A stretch of DNA of 64,000 nt, taken from assembly GCF_963921235.1 (NCBI RefSeq), contig NC_086097.1:76572001-76636000 (forward strand), read 5' to 3'. The notes under the pieces are model-generated. The model worked only from the letters and a program-made list of their open reading frames with translations. It made no database searches and was not told the origin of the DNA. Position 1 is the first letter of the stretch, and every line of letters begins with the position of its first letter. The position numbers and the translations under genes were made by a program. Shown one piece after another: positions 10,614-21,722 of the stretch. Source of the DNA: Mobula hypostoma. Its lineage: Eukaryota.

Positions 10614-12519
10614 CTTGTTCCTCACAGTCTTGTTGCTGGAAATTTTCATTTATGCTCTTGAACTTTGATTCCAAAATCATTTCTTCATTCAATTTATCTT
10701 TTATTTCTATTTCCTTTGATGTAGTACAACTGGATGCACATAGCTTTAAGCAATCTTCATTTACAGTTTTATCCACAATTTTTAATGCAGGTAGCGGAAG
10801 GATCCTGTGATGAAGCTGAGGGCTAGGCAATTCTGAGGGCAAAGGTGATGGAATAGGAGGTACATAATGTTGTGTATTGTAAGTCGGACAGGAATTGTTA
10901 AAAATATTACCAACAGCAGTTAGTAAAGATAAAGAATCACTTTTGTTGCTTCTGTCAAGATGATCACCCATGATAACTTCTTCAACAGTTTCAAGTGGCT
11001 TTAGAAACACCTCATCTTTAATTTCTAGTCCTTCCTCCCGTGATAATCTCCTCTGGTCACAAGTCAGAGTTGTTCCATATTCATATACCTTGCTCTTTAA
11101 CACCCTGTCCCATTCACCTTTCTCATGTATTTGTTCACTCTCAACAACATTCATCAGATTCTTGTTGACATACCCACAGGCCTGTGAATTCGCAATGTTT
11201 GGTATTTTTTCCTTAAAAGGTTCATAGTCCCTTTTGCCATTATCTGTATTTTTTTCATGACAAGTACGATAACATTCTATGGCAGTCATTGATGTGAAGT
11301 CAACATTGCACCTGCTGACAATTCCATTTTGTATTCCAGTTATCAATGAAGAAGTGTCTTGTTCCTCCGCACAACATTCGTTTGTATTCGTTGCAGATGG
11401 ACTACAATTTTTGATTCCTTCTGTCCTCGAAATCGTTGAAACATCTTTTTGCACAACAACATCTGCAGCCTGTACTTTGGGAAGCACACAATGTACAGTG
11501 TTCTCTTTTGTTAACCCATCGGAGTGATAAATCTTGTGCGTTGAAGGTAAATTTGTCCCAGACAGCAAGTTCCTGACCTTGGAAGGCAAATACTCAGTCT
11601 TTTCCTTTCCTTGTAAGAAACTGTCGTGTTGCTGCTGCAGACATTGGATGGTGTCTTCTAGGTCACCCGATAAGCTATCGCTGCCAGTAACCAGATCTTC
11701 AGTATTAAATTCACTGTCATGCTCTGGCAAAAAGGTGCAGTCATCCACAAGTAATCCACATGTTCTTGTATCATTCTGAAAGTCCAAGTTGTCTCCTTGT
11801 ATCTCAGACTCGGGTGTTTTTGTTTCCAATGCCAAGTCAATACTGACCTTGACTGACTGGAGACTTCTGTTTTTGCTATAATTAACTGAGTTAGGAGATT
11901 TGCTTACAGAGTCTTTCTTCTGATTTCTTTTACCACCTATCATAATAGGTTCTGAAACTGAAATGGATCTCTTTTTTATATTTTTACTTGAAGGTTCCTC
12001 AGAAGTTTCTCTTCTCTTGCCAAGCTTTTTCAGCTTTTTGATTTTAGTTTCAGATTTTTTACAGTCAGAAGACATTGATGACAAATGCTTCACATCAAAT
12101 GCACTGCAGTTTTCTTCCTGATCATCAGGCTTATTTTCAGACTCTTGAACATCCTGAGGTTTTCCATCTTGATTTCCCATATTCAAAATCAGATGATAAG
12201 CTGGCTTTATCATGAACACATCTGCAAATATAGATTGATTTTCAGCAGCACATAAAGGCACAGCAGTGTTAATGTAGTCCGTTGTCTCAGTTTGTTTCTG
12301 AATGTACGTAGTGTTATCACAGTACAAGTCTCTCGGTGTTCCCACCCCTGATCCCTCCTTCATTTGATTGCATTCTGTAAAACATTTCACAGAACTATCT
12401 AACAATGTACTGCACTTCTGCATAATCCATCTAGCCCCTCCCCCAGGGCAGTAGTAACTGATGAAGCACAGTTCTTTGATAGGTTTGTGTAACTGCTGGA
12501 TAGTATGAGTGTCTTCCAT
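10614..12519 (-). CDS. FMN1: Formin-1, first (large) coding exon, N-terminal ~635 aa; the gene continues leftward beyond the window
   Basis: Intact 1.9 kb ORF in transposon-free DNA. MEDTHTIQQLHKPIKELCFISY matches the vertebrate FMN1 N-terminus ([22 protein letters not shown], from recall). Internal MGNQDGK and PSPLPSELPSPQLHHRILPLPAL match FMN1 MGNQEGK and PSPLSPRLPSPQQHHRILRLPAL. Donor CAAG|GTTGGT after 10614 (phase 1). The ORF-track start at 12540 is a TTG, and the track end reads into the intron. Confidence 0.92.
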
Positions 12520-12646
12520 TATATGCAATGCTCCATCCAATTATTTACTCTATTTAAGTTATACAAGTTTGAAAAGCTCGATTCAAACAAATCGTGTGAT
12601 TGTTGTGCTCCACTGAAGACTTTATTGTCTTCACTATGTCATAGTC
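12520..12646 (-). other. FMN1: 5'UTR part of the FMN1 ATG-containing exon, with splice acceptor
   Basis: Minus strand TTTCTATTTCTGCAG|GACTATG: polypyrimidine tract plus AG at 12648-12647, implying upstream non-coding exon(s). Confidence 0.7.
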
Positions 12647-13307
12647 CTGCAGAAATAGAAATATATCAAATTATTTTACTGAAGTTATCACTGTCATCCA
12701 TCAACATTAACAAAATCCTTTAAGGCTTAAATAATCAATAACCCAATCTGCATTTTTAATGTTGGCTTGAGTCATGTGCCTTACCACTTACAATTTAGAA
12801 TGCCACTAATCCAGATTTGTGGCAAATATCTCATTGATTTGTAGCCAGAGATAAAAAGATATAATTAAACAAGAGTCTTGCCTAATTCAGAGATGTAGAT
12901 TTTAAAACTTGCCATTAAAAGCTATGCAGGCTCTAATAGTTTGTTGTTTTGTTACACTCATTAATTCTCATTCTATAGCAACTGAAAAAAATCTAATACT
13001 ACAGTTAGATAAAGGTGATCCATAAATAGAAAAGGTATGGCAGAATATTAGAAATACCTTGTTATAATAAGGCTTTTAAAGAGAAGTCTGTATTTAAATA
13101 GTCAAATACAGAATCATGGAAAGATTTTTGAACAAATGCATTGTTGGACTGCAATATTATGCTAACTGTAGGGGATATACTTGGTGACGTTAAGGAAGAT
13201 GTTAAACTGACACTTCCTAAATAATACATGACTCAATTGGTTGAACCAGGAATCAGAATTCGGTTTGCAATTTAATTCTAATTTTGAAACAAACATAGAA
13301 CTAATTA

Positions 13308-13529
13308 CAGGTCGACCTTCACTAATCCAGCACCATTAGTGAAAATGCCGGATTACAGAAGGATCACATTAAGCAATGGCTAACCTTCACTAATCCGGCA
13401 CCATTGGGACATGAGGAGTGCTGGATTAGTGAAAATACCAAATTACAGAAGGATCACATTAAACATAATCAGTGCCGGATTATCGAAGGAACCGGATTAC
13501 AGGTAGTCGGATTAGTGAAGGTCAACCTG
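13308..13529. mobile_element. Tigger/pogo-type MITE (222 bp)
   Basis: TIRs CAGGTCGACCTTCACTAATCC / GGATTAGTGAAGGTCAACCTG, flanked by TA on both sides; internal direct repeat. Confidence 0.85.
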
Positions 13530-13795
13530 TAGCAATTTTGAATGTTGCAAGTGAAAAACAAAGAGCTTAACATTGGCGAAAAACAAAAGTAAATTGGGTT
13601 TATGATAGAAATCAGATTAATTTGGAAAAAAACAGTTAAATTGAATCCAAATGGATTTTAGTTAATTGGGACACATCGAAACCAGTACATTTTGTCCCAA
13701 TTAAATAACTACCCTAATTAGCCAAGGCTTCATGGAAACTGTTAAAAAAAGGTATAAAAAAGATAATTTGTTTCTCAGATAAACAATAGTTTATA

Positions 13796-16700
13796 TGTAG
13801 GGTTCTCAGTAATATTAACTGTAATGTTAACTGTTAACTGCTAATTATAAAATGGCTTCTCTAAAGTGTTATAATGAAATGGCTTCTTTGTAATGTTAAC
13901 TATGAGGTAATGTTCTCTGTAGCTGGAATGTTTAGGTTATAGTTATAGATAACGGAGGAGCTAACCAATGGAAGCTATGTTATTCTATCTGTACGTGTGG
14001 GAACCTGGGTCAGTGCGTGGGCTTTTTGAGAGGAGAACTGAAGAGGAAGGATGTGTTCTGGTCGACCACCGTGGTTGGCCCCAGGCGACGAGTCGATGAG
14101 GTCGGAGGAGATCGGATGGTGGAAAGAAGACCCCATTAATTGAGCTCCAACGGTTGTGCACGAAGTGGTTGAACTCTGATAAGTTTGGCGCCTTTTACTT
14201 TCCGTTTATATTACATCTCTATTAATTACATAGTTCCAGTAAGATTTATAAAGTGTAATCTGTAAATCATACCTTGTGTGCTGTCTGATATTTTATGGGT
14301 GAGTTTGTACCAGGGTGTTTTACACAGCAACTACGCAAACGTGAGACACGGTTTGGCTGGCGGACGGGGTTTCCCCTAGACAAACACGAGCCAATAGCTC
14401 TGAGCCTTACATTTGTGGGTCGCTTGTCCGGGATTGAATTCTGTGGATGCTGTGTGACCACTCTGTTTAAAGTACAGTGGTGATGGCGACAGCTGCATTT
14501 CGGCGATGGTGTGCAGCTGCAAGCAATGCGTGTGTGTTGAGGGTGTTGGAGACTAGTGTACCGGATGATGTATTACTTCGAGGTTTGAGTACAGTTAAAG
14601 CTGTTGGCAAAGTGGAAAGTGTATCGCAAAACTTTGATTTTGAGGCAGGTACAGACAGTGTTGGTGCAGACAAGTGAGGACATAGGAGGGGCAGAGTTGC
14701 CAGAGGAGATTGGCGTCCCAGGGGAGGCGGGACCATGGCGTCTGCAAATTATCAGGGAGGGAGGGGTCGAAGCTCAGCGAGCTGAGTCGCCAGCAGAGTG
14801 GGGAGGAAATCTTAGGGAACGAATTCTTTCAGAACTGGAGGATGAAGGGAATGATTGGTCAGATTTGGGAAAATTGGCTAGTTCCCACCCCTTAGCGAAA
14901 GGCGAGGGTTCCGAGTTGGCATCTGCCATTACCTCCTTGGTGAGAAAGGCAGAGGGGTCCCGCCAAAGGATAAGAACTTTCTCTGGGATAACACCTGGAA
15001 CGTCGTCTCCACACCCCACTGCCCACGGGAGGACTGCAGTGAGGAGGAGTCTGTGACCCACCTCTTTGCACACTGCCAGTTCGCAAAGAGGGTGTGGAGG
15101 AGGATGGACGGGCTAGTGTCACGTTTTATCTCCAGCAGCTGCGTAACAGAGGACTCTCTGATCTACGGGCTGTTCCCGGGGACGTACACGGAGACCAACA
15201 TCCGGTGCTGCTGGCAGATCATCAACTCGGTGAAAGACGCTCTTTGGTCAGCCCGAAACTTGATGATCTACCAGCACATGGAGATGTCCGTGAGAGAATG
15301 CTGCCGACTGGCACATTCTCGGCTGCAGGAGTACGTGCTGAGGGACACACTGAAACTTGGTGCAGCCACCGCAAGGGCCCGGTGGGGAAGGACCACAGTA
15401 TAGGTTTCTCCACCCGTGGGAGTGGGAGGGGTCGGTGGGCAGGGAGTATACCCCTCAACAATGATATGCTGAGCTGAACTACTGGAGTGCCACGTGGGTG
15501 GCTATAAATATGGATATGTACTGAGTATAATGGAAACGTATGTAAAGGATGAAAAGTTATTGAATGGTTTATTGTATATATTTATTTTTGAATAAAGTAT
15601 ATTTTGAAATAAAAAAAAACACCCACCCCTGAAGGGGAAGAAGATTATGAAATGTGGATAGAGTAAACGACACAATTGTTAAGTGACTAGCAGTGCTTGG
15701 ATGAGGCAAAACGACAGCGATTAGTTGAAAGTTTGCGGGGAGTGGCAGCTGGGGTAGTGCGCGGGGTGAGGGATAACCAGCCTGCTGTCACTCTGAAGGA
15801 TTATCTGGAGGCCTTGGAAAGTGCTTTTGGGTTGAACGGGAACTCCTGGGAGCTTCTCAGGGATTTTCAAAACATTCGTCAGGAGCAGGGTGAGAAGCTC
15901 TCCATGTACCTCTTTCGGCTAGAGAGACGGCTTAGTAGGCTGTGGTGCCAGGGGGTCATTCGGGTTGATGGGGTGGATCAGTTAAGGATGGATCAGGTAA
16001 CTAGGGGTGCCCAGGCTGACGACAAGATTGCTTGGAGTGTCCGGCAGTCCTATAAAACTCACCTTTCTCCGACGTTCGTTCGGTTGATCAGAGATGTGAG
16101 GGGGGATGAAAACGTGTTGAAGCCGTGGGAGGACTCTGTCAGTGGGGTGAAATCCTCAGGTGTAGCCCCTGGTGGTGAAGTGAGCGGAACCGGCTCCACC
16201 CGGGAATTGATAAAGGAGGTGGTGGCCGAGCTGAGAACTGAGGGGTCGGTAGGGAGGGACCCCCACCCCTCCCCACCCCCAGGGGATGGACAGCACAGAG
16301 TGCTGTGAGTGGTGGGGGGTCTGCGAGAAGAGGGGTGACTGGTAGCGTGTGCTATAACTGCGGGAACGAGGGACATTTTTGGAGAGAATGTGAGTGGCAG
16401 GGGGTGTGCTATAACTGTGGGGAAGAGGGCCACTTCCAGCGGGAACGTGAGCAGCAGGAAGCCCCTCGGAGGGGGAGTCCCCGGACATCCAAGCAGGGAG
16501 AGGTGTCGGGAAACTTAGAGGATTCCCAGTGAGGGAACAGCCTTGTGTCTCTAGGGGAACACATTCCCAGCGATGTACCAAGGAACCCCTGAAAGTGGAA
16601 GGGCAGATTCCGAAAGGATTAGTGGGACCCAAGATAGAGGAAATCTATGCTAAGGCCGTACTCGACACTGGGTTGCAGGTCACGTTACTGTACTGTTCGG

Positions 16701-19700
16701 TTTACAACCAGTATTTAAAGCATTTGCCCATGACCCCATTCAGTGCACTGGAGACTTGGGGCGTCAGTGCTGGTGATTATCTGTATGACGGGTATTTGTC
16801 AGTGAGACTGGAGTTTTCAGAAGCCGATGTGGGAGTGTGCAAAGTTCTGGAGACAGGGGGGGGGGGGGGGGGGGGTGGGGGGGTTGGGGGGGGGGAGGGT
16901 GGGTGCTTCAATTCTGATGGGGACCAACACCCCCGTGGTGTTCATGGGGGCCTGCCAGGAGAGGGTGTGTGAGAACTTTCTGGAGACACGGGCTGTGCAC
17001 CCAATGTTTCAAGCTGCTTTTGAGCAGTGCAGAGCCACCCTGGGCCGGATACTGAATGTAAGCGAGGGACTGTGTAGTGCACCCAGTCGAAGTCTAAGGT
17101 AGTAAGGCCCAGGTAAGTAGCGAGAGCGATGGGAACCTCCAGATTTCCCGGCATGCTTGGTGCCCTTTCAGTGGACGCCCCAGAAGATCTTGAGGGGGAG
17201 TCACGATTTCCGGCTGGGGTGCTGGTGAGGCCCGAAGTGCAGAGGCCCTCGGTGGTACAGGCGAACAGGATGGCGGTGGTTGTCAGGAACACCACGAAGA
17301 GAGATATTACCTTTAAGAGAGGGATGCCCCTGGCTCATTTGTTCCTGGTGACTGTAATGTTGCGGCTGCTGGGGGGGTGGGGGGGACACGATTGAAAAAC
17401 AGAGGGAAGCTGACAGCTGAGGCCTTTAACTTTGGGGACTCGCCAGTGCTGCCCGGTTAGAAGAAGAGGCTGGTGGAGAAGATGTTGAAGCTGGAAGATG
17501 TTTTTCCCTTGGCGAGTTCCATGTGGGTTGCTCCAAGAGCACTCGCCACACCATCGGGGTGACTGAGGATACCCCGTTCAGACAGAGGTCGCGGCGACTG
17601 GTCCCTGCAGATGTGGAAGATGTGTGCCAGCACCTGCGCAAGTTAAAGGAGGCTGGGATCATCTCTGAATCCCGAAGCCCTTATGCGTCTCCAATAGTAG
17701 TGGCCCGGAAGAAGAACAGAAAGGTACGTATGTGTGTGGACTATGGGACTCTAAACCGGCGCGTTGTCCCTGACCAGGATACAGTCCCGAGGGTTGGAGA
17801 CGTGCTGGCCTGTCTGAGTGGGGCAAAGTGGTTTAGTGTGCTGGACCTGAGGAGTGGGTACTACCAGATTCTGATGAGTGATGCCGATAGAGAGAAGATG
17901 GCATTTATATGCCCTCTGGGATTTTTCCAGTTCGAAAGGATGCGCCAGGGCATATCGGGAGCCCCTGCCATCTTCCAGAGGGCCATGGAGAAGACGGTGG
18001 GGGATATGAATTTGCTTGAAGTGTTGGTGTATTTGGATGACTTGATAGTATTTGGATCCACCTTGGAAGAGCACGAAGCGAGGCTACTGAAGGTGCTAAA
18101 CAGACTGAAGGAGGAAGGGTTAAAACTCTCCCTGGACAAATGCCAGTTCTGCAAGATGTCTGTTAGCTATGTTGGGCACATAATTTCGTGGGATGGAGTA
18201 GTTACGACCCGGCTAAGATAGAAGTGGTGACCACGTGGCCGAGGCCCCAGACTGTGAGCGCTCTACACTCATTCTTGGGGTTCTGTGGTTATTAACGGCG
18301 ATTCCTGAAGGGCTACGCCATAATGAGTCATCCCTTGAACCAGCTTCTGCGTGGTTACCCCCCCCACCAACCGAGGCAGAAAAGTAAAAGGGGACAGGAG
18401 ACTGGAGACTATCTATACCCATCGAAGCCCTTTGGGCAGAGGTGGAATGCAAAATGTGAGGAGGCTTTTAAATCTCTGAAAGAGTTGCTGACCCAGGTAC
18501 CGGTGTTGGCTTTTGTGGACCCCCAGTTACCCTATGTACTACACACCGATGCCAGCCGAGAGGGATTAGGGGCCGTCTTGTATCAAGATCAGGGTGCCGG
18601 GTTGAGACCTGTAGCGTTTGTCAGCCAGAGTTTGTCGCCCTCCCAGAGAAACTATACAACTATACCACCCACAAGTAGGAGTTCCTGGTGTTGAAATGGG
18701 CGGTGGTGGATAAATTAAGTGACCACCTCTACGGGGCCAAGTTTGAGGTGAGGACGGACAACAACCGGTTTACTTATATCGTGACATTGGCGAAACTGAA
18801 TGTTACAGGCCATTGTTGGTTGGCGGCCTTGTCGTTGTATGATTTCAGCCTGAAGTACCGGCCGGGGAGCCGGAACATCGATGCGGACGCTTTGTCCCAA
18901 CAGGCGCATGAGGAATTGGAGAGGGACCAGGAATGGGAGAGTGTTCCTGCCTCTGGGGTGAAGGCCTTGTGTCAGTTTGCTATCACTGTGAAGACTGAGG
19001 GAAAGGAGATGCCGTATGGTGCAGTGGACCCATTGAGGGCTTCTGACGACACCCTACCCCCAGTTTACTGTGACTTGACTGCTCTGAAGACAAACCAGCT
19101 GCTAGGATTGAGTCCAGGGTAAGTAGCAGCTGCTCAGCGAGATGACCCGAGCATTGGCACCATTTGGTACGCGGTGGAAAAGGGGGATATGGCGTGGGCA
19201 GAGAAGACAAAACATGCCGAGCATTGGCACCATTTGGTACGCGGTGGAAAAGGGGGATATGGCGTGGGCAGAGAAGACAAAACATAATTCGGTGCCTCCA
19301 TTACTGAGGGAATGGCCTTGGTTGAAGTTGAGGAAACAAATTTTATACCGGGTCACGTCACCCCTGCACCGACCACGGTGTTGGCAGTTGGTCCTGCCTG
19401 AGAAGTATCGGAAGATTGCGCTGAAGTCACTGCACAATGAGTCTGGACATCTGGGGGTGGAGAAGACCGATGGATTGCTCAAAGACTGGTTTTACTGGCC
19501 TCGAATGAAGTCGGAGGTTGAAGAATACTGCAAGTCGTGCATTCGCTGCATACGGCGGAAGACACTGCCTGTGCAGGCCGCTCCTTTGTCACACCTTCAG
19601 AGTGCAGGGCCCCTGGACTTGGTGTGTATGGATTTTCTGTCCATAGAACCCGATGCCAGCAACATGGCAAATGTCTTTGCCATCAAGGACCACTACACTA

Positions 19701-21722
19701 GGTATGCTCAGGCTTTTCCAACCAAGGACCAGAGGGCGACTATGGTGCAAAAGTGTTATGGGAGAAGTATTTCATGCATTATGGCCTTCCCCGGCAGATA
19801 CATAATGATCAGGGATGGGACTTTGAGAGTAAGCTCATCTATGAATTACTGGGCATTCTGGGAGTTGAGAAATCGAGGACACGCCCTATCATCCGCAGGG
19901 CGATCCCCAGCCAGAGAGGTTTAATCGGACCTTGTTAGGCATGCTCGGAACAATAGAGATCATCAAAAAGAGCAGATGGAGCCAACATACTGGGCATCTG
20001 GTTCACTGTTACAACTGTACACGAAATGAAGCTACTGGGTATTCACCCTATTACCTGATGTTTGGGCACGAGGCGAGTTTGCCCATTGACCTCTGTTTCG
20101 GTACTGACGAGGGTGACGTACAGCCGAAGCCTTATCTGAAGAATGTGTCTGATATGAGGAGAGAGCTGAAAAGGGCTTACGAATTGGTTGGGGTGGTGGC
20201 CACCAAGCAAAATCAGGGAAATAAGAGGAGGTATGACCAGAAAGTGAAGTTCTCCCAACTCCTGCTGGGAGACCGAGTCCTCATACGGAATTTGGGATTA
20301 CCTGGAAAGCACAAGTTGGCTGATCGCTGGGCGGCCATACACTATGTGGTGGAAAGTCAGATGCCAAACCTGCCGGTTTTCCGGGTGAGGCCAGAGGACG
20401 GGACGGGGCCTGTCAAGATACTCCACTGGAACCACCTATTGACCCTGGGCCAAGAGGTGCAGGCAGACCAAGAGCCCGAATTGGAATTTACGCCTAGTAC
20501 GAGGACTCTGCGGAGGCGCGGGGCGAGGGAAGAGCCCACCGCAAAAGAGACGGGGCCGGGCCCAGCCCCGGAAAGGGATACTGATTCGGAGGATGAGGAT
20601 TCGGATTCGGATTCGGATTCGGATGTATGGTACATGCTGCCGTTCGCTAACTCCCCTGTGACGGAGGAAGAGACTCCAGGCTCTTCTCCCACTGCATCAG
20701 GGGAAGTGAGGGGAGCTATTGGTGTGCTACAGGGAGTGCAGCCGGACTCTGGAGGAGAGGGAGGGAGGCCCGAACCCGAGGCAGGGGGCCCCGAGTTGCA
20801 GAGGGGTTTGAGTGACAGATCGTGGGAGGTTTTGCCAGGTAGCCCCAAAGCGTTCCCAGTAGTGGCTGTGCTGGAGGAGCTAAAAGAGGGGGTACGGAGG
20901 TCTCAGAGGATTAGGACCCCCCCCTCCCGGGAGAGGTTAGCCTATGTAGCACCTGGGGAACAGGGTGTGATCTCTACTGTTTTGAGGAGTTATGTCACTG
21001 CTTTCTGCACTTGGATTGGGCTGTGGTGTTCTGCAGGAAAGGGTTGCCGAATTATCTGAATGTCATGAGGGTATGACTTAATTCGCTGGGGGGAGAATGT
21101 AGGGTTCTCAGTAATATTAACTGTAATGTTAACTGTTAACCGCTAATTATAAAATGGCTCCTCCGAAGTGTAATAATGAAATGGCTTCTTTGTAATGTTA
21201 ACTATGAGGTAATGTTCTCTGTAGCTGAAATGTTTGGGTTATAGTTATAGATAACGGAGAAACTAACCAATGGAAGCTATGTTATTCTATCTGTATGTGT
21301 GGGAACCTGGGTCAGTGCGCGGACTTTTTGGGAGGAGAACCGAACAGAAAGGACGTGCTGCACGCGCTCTGGTCAACCACCGTGGTTGGCCCCGGGCGGC
21401 GGGTCGAGGAGGTTGGAGGAGATCGGATGGTAGAAAGAAGACCCTGTTAATTGAGCTCCAACGGTTGTGCACGAAGTGGTTGAACCCTGATAAGCTTGGC
21501 ACCTTTTACTTTCCGTTTATATTGTATCTCTATTAATTACATAGTTCCAGTAAGATTTATGAAGTGTAATCTGTAAATCATACCTTGTGTGCTGTTTGAT
21601 ATTTTATGGGTGAGTTTGTACCAGGGTGTATTACACAGCAACTACGCAAACGTGAGACACGGTTTGGCGGGCGGATGGGGTTTCCCCTAGACAAACATGA
21701 GCCAATAGCTCTGAGCCTTACA
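13796..21722 (+). mobile_element. Full-length but decayed Gypsy LTR retrotransposon
   Basis: LTRs 13796-14411 and 21098-21722 (TGTAG..TTACA). tRNA-Pro-like PBS ..GCTTGTCCGGGATT after LTR1; PPT GGGGGGAGAA. PNMA-like gag with two zinc knuckles (CYNCGNEGHFWREC). Protease LDTG, RT YLDD, RNase H (TDAS), integrase (H..H/C..C, DFL..D, DQG..F.S). Frameshifted. Confidence 0.95.
14996..15617 (+). mobile_element. Tx1-like LINE 3' fragment inserted in Gypsy gag
   Basis: Cys/His motif (C..EESVTHLFAHC), ..KDALWSARN, AATAAA plus A-tail; TSD AACACC (14990-14995 / 15618-15623). Gag reads FSGITP|TPEGEEDYEMW across it. Confidence 0.82.

Noticed and set aside
12160..12180. Calling the gene FMN2 from MGNQDGK
   Set aside because: The upstream LHKPI.ELC.IS and downstream PSPQ.HHRIL.LPAL motifs are FMN1-specific.
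10594..12540. 648 aa single-exon gene as given in the ORF track
   Set aside because: The start is a TTG upstream of the homologous ATG, and the last codons run past a splice donor. It is one exon of FMN1.
14477..16308. Host PNMA-family gene
   Set aside because: Lies between LTRs, is followed by pol, and is disrupted by stops and a LINE insertion.
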